A stretch of DNA of 63,743 nucleotides, filler included, from Octopus bimaculoides (Eukaryota): NCBI RefSeq assembly GCF_001194135.2. It is 7 parts of 5 records of this genome, joined end to end, with 100 filler letters (N's around TTAATTAATTAA, not from the genome) between each part and the next. Parts side by side here need not be neighbours in the genome. Positions count along the whole stretch, not along the records: positions 21,401 to 52,398 come from NC_068984.1; positions 52,499 to 55,361 come from NC_069002.1; positions 55,462 to 62,417 come from NW_026428207.1; positions 62,518 to 63,743 come from NC_068987.1; 3 more parts are not named here. One strand, given 5' to 3'. Position numbers and translations under genes: made by a program. Below, piece after piece: positions 51,840-63,743 of the stretch; the stretch's first letter is position 1; the number at the start of each line of letters is the position of its first letter. Under the pieces are notes generated by a model. The model saw only the letters and a list, made by a program, of their open reading frames with translations. It did no database searches and had not been told where the DNA came from.

Positions 51840-52398
51840 TTTTGAAGCAAGGTATGAAAAGCGTGTTAGTTTCTTCCGAGATAATAACATGTTCAAAAAT
51901 AACCCCAAAAATGTCTACAGGAAGTTAGGGAAAACACCACTAACAATAAAGTCTGTCCCATCAAAAGAAGAGCAAGAATTTGGAATAAAATCTGGGCAGA
52001 AGATAAAACACACAATGAAAAATCCACTTGGATTGATAGAGTATCTACAGACCTAGACTCCTTAGAGGAGTAAAAGTGGGAGGGGGTCAAGGTAGAAGAT
52101 ATAAGATCTGCTCTCAGGAAGTCTCCAGGAAAGGATAAAATTCCAAACTTCTGGTTGAATGCCTTCCCAGAGAGCCATGAACTGCTAACAAAACTTTACA
52201 ACGATGTTTTGCAAAATCCTAGTTTGATGTCCTCTTGGCTAGTTAATGGTTTAACATTGCTGCTTCCAAAAAATGAGGAAACAAACGAACCAAAAAAATT
52301 ATCGACCCATAACCTGCTTAACAACAATGTATAAGACGCTAACATCTGTCCTAACCGAGTACACCTATAGTTTTTTAATAGAAAGTAGCATATTCCCT
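51840..52398 (+). mobile_element. R4/Dong-type pre-RT/RT N-terminal fragment, better preserved, runs into a gap
   Basis: DNNMFKNNPKNVYRKL...SPGKDKIPNFWL...LLPKNEETNEPK(N)YRPITCLTTMYKTLTSVLTE. Confidence 0.9.
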
Positions 52399-52498
52399 NN
52401 NNNNNNNNNNNNNNNNNNNNNNNNNNNNNNNNNNNNNNNNNNTTAATTAATTAANNNNNNNNNNNNNNNNNNNNNNNNNNNNNNNNNNNNNNNNNNNN

Positions 52499-52554
<56 letters not shown>

Positions 52555-52744
52555 TGTATATCGATCGCTCTATGCATGTAAGTATGTATCTCTTTTTCTT
52601 TCTCTCTCTGTATGTGTGTATTGTTAAAGTCGCTGTTGATATTATTTTCACGTGTATGTGTAGGCCTGTACAAGTCTTTTTTTTTTCTTAGAAGACTTGT
52701 GGTCTCCCCTTTCCATGTCACCAATATACCAATATTCTTTTCTA

Positions 52745-53390
52745 TTCTAGGCACAAGGCCCTTACTAAATTTTGGGGGAGGGTGTAGTCGATTAGGTCGA
52801 TCTCAGTACACAACTGGTACTTAATTTATCAACCCCGAAAAGAGGAAAGGCAAAGTTGACCTCAATGGAATTTGAATTCAGAATATAAAAACAGACGAAA
52901 TACTGCTAAGCATTTCGCCCGGCGTGCTAGCGTTTCTTATTTCTTTATTGCCCACAAGGGGCTAAACATAGAGGAGACAAGCAAGGACAGACAAAGGGGT
53001 TAAGTCGATTACATCGACCTCAGTGCGTAACTGGTACTTAATTTATCGACCCCGAAAGGATGAAAGGCAAAGTCGACTTCGGCGGAATTTGAACTCAGAA
53101 CGTAACGGCAGACAAAATACCGCTNNNNNNNNNNGAACGTAAAGACAGACGAAATACCTATTTCGTTATTGCCCACAAGGGGCTAGACATAGAGGGAACA
53201 AACAAGAACAGACGAACGGATTAAGTCGATTACATCGACCCCAGTGCGTAACTGGTACTTAATTTATCGACCCCGAAAGGATGAAAGGCAAAGTCGACTT
53301 CGGCGGAATTTGAACTCAGAACGTAACGGCAGACAAAATACCGCTAAGCATCTCACCCGCCGTGCTAACGTTTCTGCCAGCTCACCGCCT
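52745..53390 (-). mobile_element. Cluster of three family A SINE units
   Basis: Body motif repeated; the last two units are near-identical and separated by a 10-N gap. Confidence 0.85.
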
Positions 53391-53856
53391 TACCGATATA
53401 CCAATATTATCAAAGGAAAGGGCTGCTAACATACACCTACCTACCTACATGCATACATACATACATACATACCAGCCTACCTACAAACTTACCTACCTAT
53501 CTATTTACCTATTTACCTACTTACAAACCTTCATACATACATACATACATACGTACGTACATACCCTGTTGATGTTGAAGTTCCAATGAAGGAGCCTTGG
53601 ATGCAGGTTAGAAACCAATTCTTTCTCTATTGGCAAGAAATCTTGAAGCAAACTGAATGATGACATACATACATACAGACATATATATATACACACATAC
53701 ATGTATACATACATACATACACACATACATACATGCATACGCATGTATCCATACAAACATGCGCGCATGCACATTACTCGAATTTAAAACATTCTATGTT
53801 TAAAACACCCATCAATTAACTTGATTTTTGTTATATTTTTGGTGTATTTGAACCAG

Positions 53857-54014
53857 CAATCTCTCTTATCGATATCCAGCAGCTTTACCGTCGGATTCCT
53901 CTTGGCAGATCTTGTGTGCGCTGGCGAAAACGATATGCTCAAAGCCAAGTTAATATGCAGCATTATGTTCGTATCGGGTTTAACAACTTTTCTTCAGAAC
54001 AACATTGGTATACG
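53857..54014 (+). CDS. SLC23A: Internal exon of an SLC23 / nucleobase-ascorbate transporter (NAT/NCS2) gene, TM1-TM2 region
   Basis: aaccag|CAA...ATA CG|gtaaga, phase 0 to phase 2. QSLLSISSSFTVGFLLADLVCAGENDMLKAKLICSIMFVSGLTTFLQNNIGIR aligns by eye to SVCT-type [21 protein letters not shown]...[22 protein letters not shown]. Confidence 0.85.
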
Positions 54015-54244
54015 GTAAGATTCCATTTATCTTCTATCGTTTATCTTTTACTTGTTTCAGTCATTTGACTGGGGCCATGCTGTAGCACTACTTTGAAGAG
54101 TTTTAGTCGAATGAATCGACCCCAGGACTTATTTTTCCGAACCACTAAACTACAGGGACGTAAACAGACTAACACCGGTTGTCAAGCTGTGAAGAGGTAC
54201 AAACTCAGACACAAAGACACACACACATATACATACAGATACCC

Positions 54245-54299
<55 letters not shown>

Positions 54300-54369
54300 T
54301 TGGGAAGCAAGCTTTTTACCACACAGCCACGCCTACTTATTTATTAATATATTTATTAATAAATTGGGA

Positions 54370-55110
54370 TTCCATTGAAAGGAGAAAGCTATTAAGATTG
54401 CAGCGAGATGTTGATTGATGCAGCGGCAGCGACTCTGCTGGGATTAATTTTAATTAGTAAGGGTGGATTTCCCTGGTTCACCGAGGAATCTTTTTCGTTT
54501 TTGAAATTGAACCAGGTCAAAAGGGACTCAGAGACAGAATTAAGTAATTATGTTGGAGTTCTTATTGAAAGATATCACTGGCTGTTTCGAGATGTATTGT
54601 TTTTCAACCAGACAGAGCCGGCAGTTATGTGGACCATTGATGTATAGAAGAGGAATATTCCGGTAGCGCAGCCATGTTGCTTGTCCCTACGCTTTTAGAA
54701 GAAAGGTGATGGGAAAATATAATACCTTTTGCCTATGAATCTAAAAGAGTAAAGGTGTTGACTCAACCATTCTTTGCAGTAAGCCCCATTTAGTTCCTCT
54801 GAATACCATCTGGTGAATTGAGCCTATATATCACGACTTCGGGGGAAATGTTTCCCAGTTACGATCCCCGCAATTGCAGGTAGGATATGAGACAGACGAG
54901 TGTTTAATATTGTGGTTTGTGATGGTCTAATTTATCTAGATAGGAATTCTTCTTTATCTTGTTATTTGAGTAATTTGCAGTATGGTGTACAATTGTGTCA
55001 TTGGTGACATTTTCACAACAATCCAGTTAACTGTTTCGCAGTATTTCTCAAAGCGAGATTGATAAAGGAGTGTTTGTAATTCGCTGCAGAACAAATAACA
55101 CAAAAGCTTC
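54370..55110 (-). mobile_element. Decayed Penelope-like GIY-YIG region
   Basis: CNCGDR...YIGS...HNCRLCLVEKQYISKQPVISFNKNSNII matches the PLE CNC...YIG...CxLCLxEK...LNKRSE pattern. Confidence 0.75.
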
Positions 55111-56336
55111 ACTCGATAAGCATCGGTTTAACCTGATGCTGTGGGAGAAGAATCTTGCTCAAGGCGCTGCACGCTGAGACTAAACCTGAAACCACATGAC
55201 CATAAAGTTAACTTTTTAATTACACTGCCATACTGGCGCCAAATTTACACAACCTTACTCGGCGCAATATATGGCAATATTTATTTATTATTAAGGCGGT
55301 CAGCTGGTAGAATCATTAGCATGCCGGACAAAATGTTTTGTGGAGTTTCGTCCTTCTTAACNNNNNNNNNNNNNNNNNNNNNNNNNNNNNNNNNNNNNNN
55401 NNNNNTTAATTAATTAANNNNNNNNNNNNNNNNNNNNNNNNNNNNNNNNNNNNNNNNNNNNAGGTGTGTTAACGTGTTAACTTGCCCGAGTGAGTTTTGG
55501 AAGAAAACGATAACGAGGACGACGACGACGGTGATGGTTATGATGATGATGATGATGATGAGTGGTGGTGGTGGCGGCGGCGGCGGAGATCATGGTATTG
55601 TTGGTGATCATGGGGTGGGTATTCTTGGTAGTGAAACTAATAGGTTTTTTTTTTAGGAAGTAATGGTTGCCGCGATGGTGATGATGATTGGTAGGGGGAG
55701 ATGGTGAGTGTGGTGGTGGTGATGGCGGCGGCGGTGGTAGTCGTGGTGGTAGCGGTGGTTGTAGTAGTGATTGTGATGCTGTTGATGGCGGTGGTGATTG
55801 TAGTAGCTTTGAGTTTGACATTAGTCCTAATGGTGAAATCTGAGTAAAAGTAACACCCCTTCTCCTATTAGTTGTAGTAATAGTAGTAGTAGTATGTGTA
55901 GTGGTGCAGTGGTAGTGGTGCCGTAGTAGTAGCAGTGGTAGTCGTCAATATGACTAGTGCTAGGTGTTGCTATGGCAAAGCAATCAAATACCTCCACCCC
56001 ACCCACACACACACACACACCGTTTCATATTATTCTTTTATCTGAAATTGTTCTTTCCCCCGTTTCCTTTTTTTTATATTCTGGCCCCTTAGCACCAACC
56101 CTTAATTCCCCACCCGTCCATTATCTTCATCTTCCCTTTTGTCGAAATATCCACCCACTTTTACACCTAACCCCTATCACTGCCTCTCTAAGTCTTTGTA
56201 TGATACGCGTGTATAGATATGTATGTGTACACGTATAAATGTATATTATATATATATTTACGTGTGCGTATGCGTTTGTATACATACATACATACATACA
56301 TGAACATTATATTGTNNNNNNNNNNTTATATTGTGT

Positions 56337-56375
<39 letters not shown>

Positions 56376-57113
56376 GCATAGGCGTTTATGTATATGCGTG
56401 TGTCTGTACGGATATATATACATGATGCATATAGCTCTATCAACACTCTTTGCCCTCACACACAAACCCGAACGAAATCCTTCCATGCCTCTCCTACACT
56501 ACATCACCCTGTACGCCGCTACACGCCGCCATATGTCATACAACAGACACTGCAGGACATCGCATCGTAACGCTCTGTAACCTCTCTGTACTCAACACAC
56601 CAATAACCAAGTGACTTTTATCATCATTGCTAACCCCTTCAATCCACTCCCTCCCTCCTAATATGCCTACCTCACCCCGCAACTAAATTTACTTTCTTTA
56701 CGAACACTCAGAACATCAATAGAAACACCAGCAACATTGCTAGCCAATGGTAGAGCTTGTTGATGGTTTGTCGTTATGCTTGAAATACCAGTTAAATCCT
56801 GTTCGCATCGTACAGTAAAAACAATTAAAATAATAAGGAAAAAGGAAAGAAAGTTACATTCGGTAGTGTAGTCTTAGATATATTGTGTCGGAATATTAAC
56901 TGGGATGGATTCATTTTGAGCGCATGTATCGTCGATTAGGGCTGATGTTTAGGGTTAAGAAACACCACTAACCAATCGACCAATGTAATAACCTACCAGC
57001 CAGACATCCACCAGCCAACCAGCTAACAAGTTAACCCACCAACCAAAAAGCCAACCAACTTCTTCATTGAACAGAAAACAGCCGAAGAAAACTCAACTCG
57101 GCAGTCTATAGTA

Positions 57114-57250
57114 CAGTAGTTCTCAACCGGGGAGGGGAGACATATTGTGGCTAAAACAATTTGTCGCTAAAATTTATGAGCAATAAACTGGTTATAAAAT
57201 ATTTAAACCTTCCTAATAATATTTAATTATAAAGGGTAGCAAATAATATC
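57114..57250. mobile_element. Possible hAT-type MITE end
   Basis: CAGTAGTTCTCAACCGGG is a typical hAT terminus; the partner end was not found. Confidence 0.35.
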
Positions 57251-57513
57251 AACAATGGTATGTTGCAAGATGTGGGGCGGTAATCGTTAGTTTTGGCTCT
57301 ACTGACGGAATCGCAGAATTGGTCGACACAGGTCTTTTGGTATTTTCAGTAAACACAAGTTTGTTCGTTTAAAATCCCTTTGAAAAAGACGTGTATTTTA
57401 TTCTACAGAACTATTGCTACAATGAAGTACCAGACAAGTATTCAACGGAGAAGTGGCTGAGTTTTTTTACAGCGTAGAACAAAATCATTAGCATTATTAG
57501 TTCCAATTCTTTA

Positions 57514-57960
57514 AGGCGGTGAGCTGGCAGAATCGTTAGCACGCCGGGAAAAATACTTAGTGATATTTCGTCTGTCGCTACGTTCTGAGTTCAAATTCCG
57601 CCGAGGTCGACTTTGCCTTTCATTTTTTCAGGGTCATTTAAATAATAATCAGTTACGCACTGGGGTCGATATAATCGACTTAATCCGTTTGTCTGTCCTT
57701 GTTTGTCTTCCCTGTGTGCAGCCCCTTGAGGGCAGTAAAGAAATAAGAAACGTTAGCACGCCGGGCGAAATGCTTAGCTTTATTTCGATCGTCTTCACGT
57801 TCTGAGTTCAAATTCTGCTGCGGGGTCGACTTTGCCTTTCATCCTTTGACGTTCGATAAATTAAATACTAGTTAAGTACTGGGGTCAATGTGATCAACTT
57901 GCCCCTCCGCCCCAACAAATTTCAGGCCTTGTGCATATAGTAGAATGGATGATCAGTTCC
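57514..57960 (+). mobile_element. Two tandem family A SINEs
   Basis: GGCGGTGAGCTGGCAGAATCGTTAGC head; the second unit starts GAAACGTTAGCACGCCGGGCG. Confidence 0.85.
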
Positions 57961-60299
57961 GATTCTGCTCTGCATTCTGGGTTCAAATTTTATCATTTCG
58001 AGAGCGATAAAATAAAACACCAGTTGTGAGGTAATCTATTCGTGGTACTATTATAATAGTGTTGGAGGAAATTGCCTTGTCGTATATGCCTCGGAGCTTT
58101 CGTTCTCTGACATTTTTTGGTGGGTGAATGAATCCACCACCCAGTTTTACATTATCACCTAGACCTTTGGTACGTTTTATGGTGTTCAGTCGATAGCAAG
58201 TATTCGGACAGATCTCCAAACAGTGGATCTTTTCTTCCTTTCCTGTCACCAGGTTTGTAGTCTTCCAGTAAAAGAAAATTTAAATGATGGACACACTCTC
58301 CGTGTAAACGGCAAAGTTGTTGTCGAGGAACCGATTGTTATTTTCCTTCAACAATGTTTTTTAAAGATCTTTTGCCTCTGTTAGAAAATCGATCTTTAGT
58401 AATCAGTTCTCCATCACTATAAGAAAAACTCCCAAACAATCAAATAAAACAGGCATATATAATAAAGACGCTACAACGCTATTCGACAAAAAATAAATTA
58501 ATTATGAACGGCCAATTAGATCATGTCAGATCAATATAAACAAGAAAATTGCTCTAAAGTCAGTTTTAAAAATACAAATAGAACAAAAAACAAACTATAT
58601 AAACAAAACCAGCTGTAACAAAGAAAAAACACAAAGTAAAATATTTTATCTTTTATCTTTAGCCTTTCTCAATTACTGGAGTGCAACCAAGCTGGGGTAT
58701 GGCCTTAAAGGCTTTAGTCGAAGAAATGAACTCAATACTTATCTCTAAGTTTGGTACTAATTTTATTATTATTATTCTGTCTGTCCATTTGGGACCCCTG
58801 TATTTCAGTCTACATTTGTTCTAAACAGACATATTATACCTTTTAGGAATCAGGATGATCCCGGGATTAAAAATCTGCCCTTCATTTGGATCTTGAGCAT
58901 CCAGCATTGAGATGAGGATTTGTTATATGCTAACAGTTGGAAATTCAAATTTTAAAAGAACTCCAAAACTGTGTGATATGTTCTTTTGCATTTAAACTGA
59001 ATTTAAAATAAAACCATATTGGTAAGGTAATACCATGTTGGTAGGATAGTATCATATTTGTAGGGTACCTATAAATGCTTTATTATCATTGCTCTTCCTA
59101 GTTTTGGGTCGTAGACCTAATTACCCCTACGCAGGAGCTGGCGTAAAAATCCACGCTGTGTGCGGTTTTTAAGCTAGTAATTAATTAATAAGGAGACACT
59201 TGGCTAAAAAGATCATCCAGTGGTCTACCGAGGGAGCAGAAGCTTTTACACAAGATTGTTTTCCATCAAGTACTGAGAACTCTGCATGGGATAGTGCTAA
59301 ATGGGTTAGCGGCTAACTGAACACAAATTTAGGGCTGGATTAACTCCAATTATGGCGCCTCATTATCGAAAAACATAAAACATTGAATGACTCGCAGGAA
59401 ACTTCGCTTATGATATTTCAAGGTGCAAACCGATACAATATATGAAACATATCTGTGTCTATCTATGTACCTGGGTATCTGCACTCATATGGTTCATCAA
59501 GTGGTACAGGAAACTTGACTGACATAACAGTAACACTGGGCAAAAGGCCTGAATTTTACTTTATCTTTATTGGCGTAGGTTTAATCAATTCTATCGATCC
59601 CAGTGCTTAATAGGTATTTATTTTATCGATCCTGAATGGATTGAAGGAAAAATCGACTTCGGTGAAATTTGAACACGGGACGTTTAGACAATAACATATT
59701 TAGACAATAATGTATATAATTCGCTTTATCGAAGAAGTGAATGTTCACCGTCGCGATCAAAGTGGATCCATGTTCCATTTTAAGACCATCATCCCAAACC
59801 CACCCCACCCCCATCACCACTAACAGCAACAACGCCAGCAACTACTATTATCATCATCAGTATTATGACAACCAACGTCACAAACCAAATTGTATCGTCA
59901 TTAGCGCCATTACCGTCATCGTCGTCGTCAACGTCGTCGTCGTCGTCGTCGTCATCGTGGTCGTCAGCGGTGTCGTCATCGTCATCGTCGTCATCAGTAG
60001 TTCAAGTAACATTAATTACGAAACCCCAAATTGCGATCTTTATCAATATTCATTAGAACATCGATAAATTCTATGCAACAAGTGCAAAAGAAAACACGCT
60101 TTCATTATACACACACGCACGCATATATAGATGTATGTGCGTGAATGTATATGTATATATGTGTGTGTATGTTTGTGTCTTTGTGTGTGCGTGCGTGTAT
60201 GTCTGTGCATGTGTCTGAAATATATGTATGTATACATATGTATATATGTCTATATATATATGTTTTATAAATATATATATATATATGTGTGTGTGTGTG

Positions 60300-60353
<54 letters not shown>

Positions 60354-60644
60354 GTATATGTAAACTTACACACACACGCATGCATACATACATGTATACA
60401 CACGCATAAGCGTGCCCGTAGCGACCTACTTGAATATCAATATATCAATTTCTTTTACAATCCGTGGACTGCTCTGCTGGCCGACGCCATTCGTACATCT
60501 ACGTATGATGCACAAACTTGCAATTAATAAACGTTAACGAATTACAATGCAAGTAGGGATGCACTTAACGACCACATATACTTATATTATTCATTGTTAT
60601 GCACTGGTATGCCTTATATATTCACGTGAATGCATGCATATGTG

Positions 60645-60691
<47 letters not shown>

Positions 60692-60964
60692 CACACACGG
60701 AGGCGTTTATGTATGGGTTCGTCTATAGACAAAACATCTGCTGTTTACGTCTCTTATATAAATATATCTAAGTTAGTTGGTATTGTTAATCGCAAAATAG
60801 TGTATTGTGGATATGCATGTACGTATATATTTGTACATGTGCTGTATGGACTATATATATGTGTGTATATATTTATATACTGAGGCTGATAAATTGAATA
60901 TTAATTTCAATTTAAAACCAATGGTCTAGCAAATAAAAAAAAATCTGATAATTCAGAAAAATTG

Positions 60965-61210
60965 TATTACATGCGTATAAGAAGGGATGACCACTAAGTG
61001 GACATCCAATATGTTAGAAAGAAGTCATCAACGACCCAACCACAAAGAAAAATAATGTTCTCCAGAAAAAAATTCAGCCTATGCTCTCGTGTTTGCTGAA
61101 TTTTTTTTCTGGAGAACATTATTTTTCTTTGTTGTTGGGTCGTTGATGATCTCTTTCTAGCATATTGGATGTCCACTTAGTGGTCAATCCCTTCTCGTAC
61201 GCATGTAATA
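60965..61210. repeat. 246-bp fold-back element (probable MITE)
   Basis: Arms 60965-61078 and 61095-61210 are near-perfect reverse complements around a 16-nt loop. Confidence 0.9.
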
Positions 61211-62517
61211 TGTGTATGTATATGTATATATATATATATGTGTGTGTGTGTATGTATACATATTATATACACACAGACATATACATACGTACACATATAT
61301 ATATATATATACATATATGCATATATAGCGAAAGAGGGGAAGAGGGAGAGAAAGAGAGTGAGAGAGAAGGAAACAGAGGGATTTAAAAGTCCTAGCAGAT
61401 ATCAATAAGGCACTTAGTATTAAAAGAATTTGGTTATAAATGTTCAACAATCAGACACCAGTAAATGTAAGTAGAACACAGATCCCAGCTAAATACTGAC
61501 CAATATTCACCGCTACCGTACATACTGTAGTTTCTGAAAACACCACCGTCGTCACCACCACAATGACCATCACCAACATTATTAACATCATCGCCACCAC
61601 AACCACTATCACTCTGGTTACCACCACCACCACCAACAACAACAGGAGTGAGAGCCCAATGGAATATTTTTAACAAAATTCTGAGACTGGCAGCTATAAA
61701 TATTACAAACCATAACAGTTCTAGTTATACGATTTCTATGCATTCCACAACCAATATCTCATCCTCTGTGACAACCGGATCCAGCCCAGCCGTAACAACA
61801 ACATTAACACGAAGAAGTTCAATCTTTTTGCAGAACCACCCAAAACAGTTAATATATATTATTGAAGGAAAATCACAAATTCAGGTACAACCAATAACTC
61901 GTCGACCAGAGAAAACCATTAAGCTAATAGCAATTATATCTTTTGGCATAAACAATCAGAAGCAGAATATTATACTAAGGGAGTCGTTTAAAACGGATGA
62001 AGGGAAGAAGCCACTCGCGTTCAAGTAGAGAATTGCTTTAGAAGTATTCGAAGTGCTAACAGCTGCGTCACATGCGCCAGACAATATGGCACTGTTGAGA
62101 TTAGATTCCTCTCTGAAGCACTGCTCTGGCGTATTCTGTTGTCCCGTAGAGAAGTGAAGAAGATTTCGTCGTCATTTCTATTTAATTCGGTAGATGTGTG
62201 ATGAAGTTAAATTTTGGAATTAACACAAGAATTGAGAGACCAGAGGATTGTAGCATGCATTGTTCTCGAGAGAGCCGATTCTCTTCTAGACATTTAGAAG
62301 CTTCGACTGAAAAACTTTTCGGGGATTGGGCAAAATTCCTTGTTATATAGAAGTCCAAAGTGGACAAGACCTGAATGTTACGCTGCAAGTGTGTATATAA
62401 GCATCAGTATGTATGTANNNNNNNNNNNNNNNNNNNNNNNNNNNNNNNNNNNNNNNNNNNNTTAATTAATTAANNNNNNNNNNNNNNNNNNNNNNNNNNN
62501 NNNNNNNNNNNNNNNNN

Positions 62518-62680
62518 AGTTTCAGACACCACTTCTCTGATTTCACTATTCATGTTCTTCAGTTGCATCGGGATTTCCTGTTTGTTGATGTAAGCCCTCT
62601 CTTTCAGGTATCCTCCACAAAAAAACAAAAACAATTCGGGCTAGTCTAGTCTGAGAAACGTGAAGCCCATTCAAAGTAGA
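62518..62680 (-). mobile_element. Inverted second copy of the Tc1/mariner transposase 3' region
   Basis: Reverse complement matches about 62790-62940 (GGATACCTGAAAGAGAG...GTCTGAAACT). Confidence 0.8.
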
Positions 62681-62684
62681 CATC

Positions 62685-63035
62685 ACACATGTTTCCAGCA
62701 AGATGGGGCAACTGCACATACCGCAAGAGAAATAATGCAGTTGCTACTGTAGTACTTTGGAGAGGGAATAATCTCCTGCCACGGCAATGTCAACTGGCCT
62801 TCACATTCCCCAGACTTGCTCGGATTTTTTTTTTTTTGTGAGGATACCTGAAAGAGAGGCTTTACGTCAACAAACCGGAAACCCTGGCGCAACTGAAGTA
62901 GAACATCAATAGGGAAATCAAAGAAGTGGGGTCTGAAACTCTTCAGAGTGTAATGGTGCAAGGTTTGGAAAGAACACAAACATGCAAAGCTGAAAATGGC
63001 TGCCATTTAAGCGATATCATTTTTCAAGTGATGTA
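62685..63035 (+). mobile_element. Tc1/mariner (maT/rosa-like) transposase C-terminal remnant
   Basis: FQQDGATAHTA...NWPSHSPDL...GYLKERLYVNKPETL...NGCHLSDIIF, with stops. Confidence 0.85.
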
Positions 63036-63281
63036 GTGATGTTGCTAAATATGACTTATATATATATTAATTTCTAGTATGTCCTTTATATTGCATCAAA
63101 ATTTCATGCATTTATTTGTAAAGTAAAAGAAGTTATTAAAATTTGTTTATTAACTGCGTTGTTATCTAATATTCAATGTGAAACTGGTTGGTAAAATCTG
63201 ATAAAATTACTCTCTATTACTGTGTACTTTAATTAATATGTATGCCTGTATTTGAATGTATCTATGTACGTATGTATATAC

Positions 63282-63743
63282 ATGGCGCAAAAGATTATGC
63301 AGCAGCTGACGTGGCTACGCCAAGCACAGACGAGGAACCTTGCCCCCCACTGCGCAACACCACCACAGCCAATATACATGGGATGGCCTCCCCTAACGAC
63401 TGCACAGGCATCACGCCAATACTTTTACTAAATATTGGAGGCCTGTTGCATAATAATAATAAAAGCAAAATTTCTTTCCTGAGAGACCTTGCTGCATGCA
63501 ATCAAGCCCTATGCATAGCACTCGTGGAAACTCACCTCAGCCCTGATATAGAGGATGCAGAAGTACACGTACCAAAATATGTCATACTGCGAACAGACAG
63601 AAGGGAAAGGAGCCATGGTGGAGTTGCTGTATACATCCGTGACGACCTCACACCCCAGGTCTTACTGTCATACTCAAATTCGGTATGCGACACCCTAGTT
63701 GTATACATAAGACAACATAATATAGTCATATGCAATGCATATT
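63282..63743 (+). mobile_element. CR1/L2-type LINE: end of ORF1 and start of ORF2 (APE endonuclease), open to the window edge
   Basis: Frame from ATG 63383: LLLNIGGL...IALVETHLSPDIEDAEVHVPKYVILRTDRRERSHGGVAVYIRDDL; no stop in 120 codons. The overlapping upstream frame stops at 63431. Confidence 0.88.

Noticed and set aside
58257-58385. tttgtag|T CTT CCA GTA... giving RLPVKENL as the next SLC23 exon; also LMIFQGA near 59408
   Set aside because: Similarity ends after 2-4 residues and both frames hit stops; no FL/Y..PL motif.
62683-63006. 107-aa minus-strand ORF
   Set aside because: Antisense shadow of the plus-strand Tc1/mariner transposase remnant.

Overview
Eukaryotic, AT-rich, repeat-saturated draft-assembly sequence with many N gaps. 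The tRNA-derived SINE families and the microsatellite load look like an octopod cephalopod (Octopus-like); that assignment is from recall, not a database search. Almost every ORF in the supplied track is microsatellite, gap or antisense noise. The only confidently recognisable host-gene coding sequence is one 158-bp internal exon (53857-54014, +) of a divergent SLC23/nucleobase-ascorbate transporter. The rest is intronic or intergenic: at least four SINE families, many R4/Dong-type (RLE) retrotransposon fragments, RTE and CR1/L2-type LINE fragments, Penelope-like elements (PLEs), and mariner, Tc1/mariner and Tigger DNA transposons. I cannot demonstrate a wholly new system. The best leads are: (1) several minimal type I hammerhead ribozymes with palindromic stem III, some in inverted pairs, tied to PLE ends; (2) R4/Dong elements repeatedly ending in or flanked by TAA/TGA/TAG microsatellites, suggesting microsatellite targeting or seeding; (3) a probable His-to-Gln change at the TM1 QH motif of the SLC23 exon; (4) several long fold-back structures able to form dsRNA; (5) a CpG-depleted 6-21 kb domain that may hide an unrecognised gene. 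All translations, pairings and coordinates were worked out by hand; repeat boundaries are approximate.
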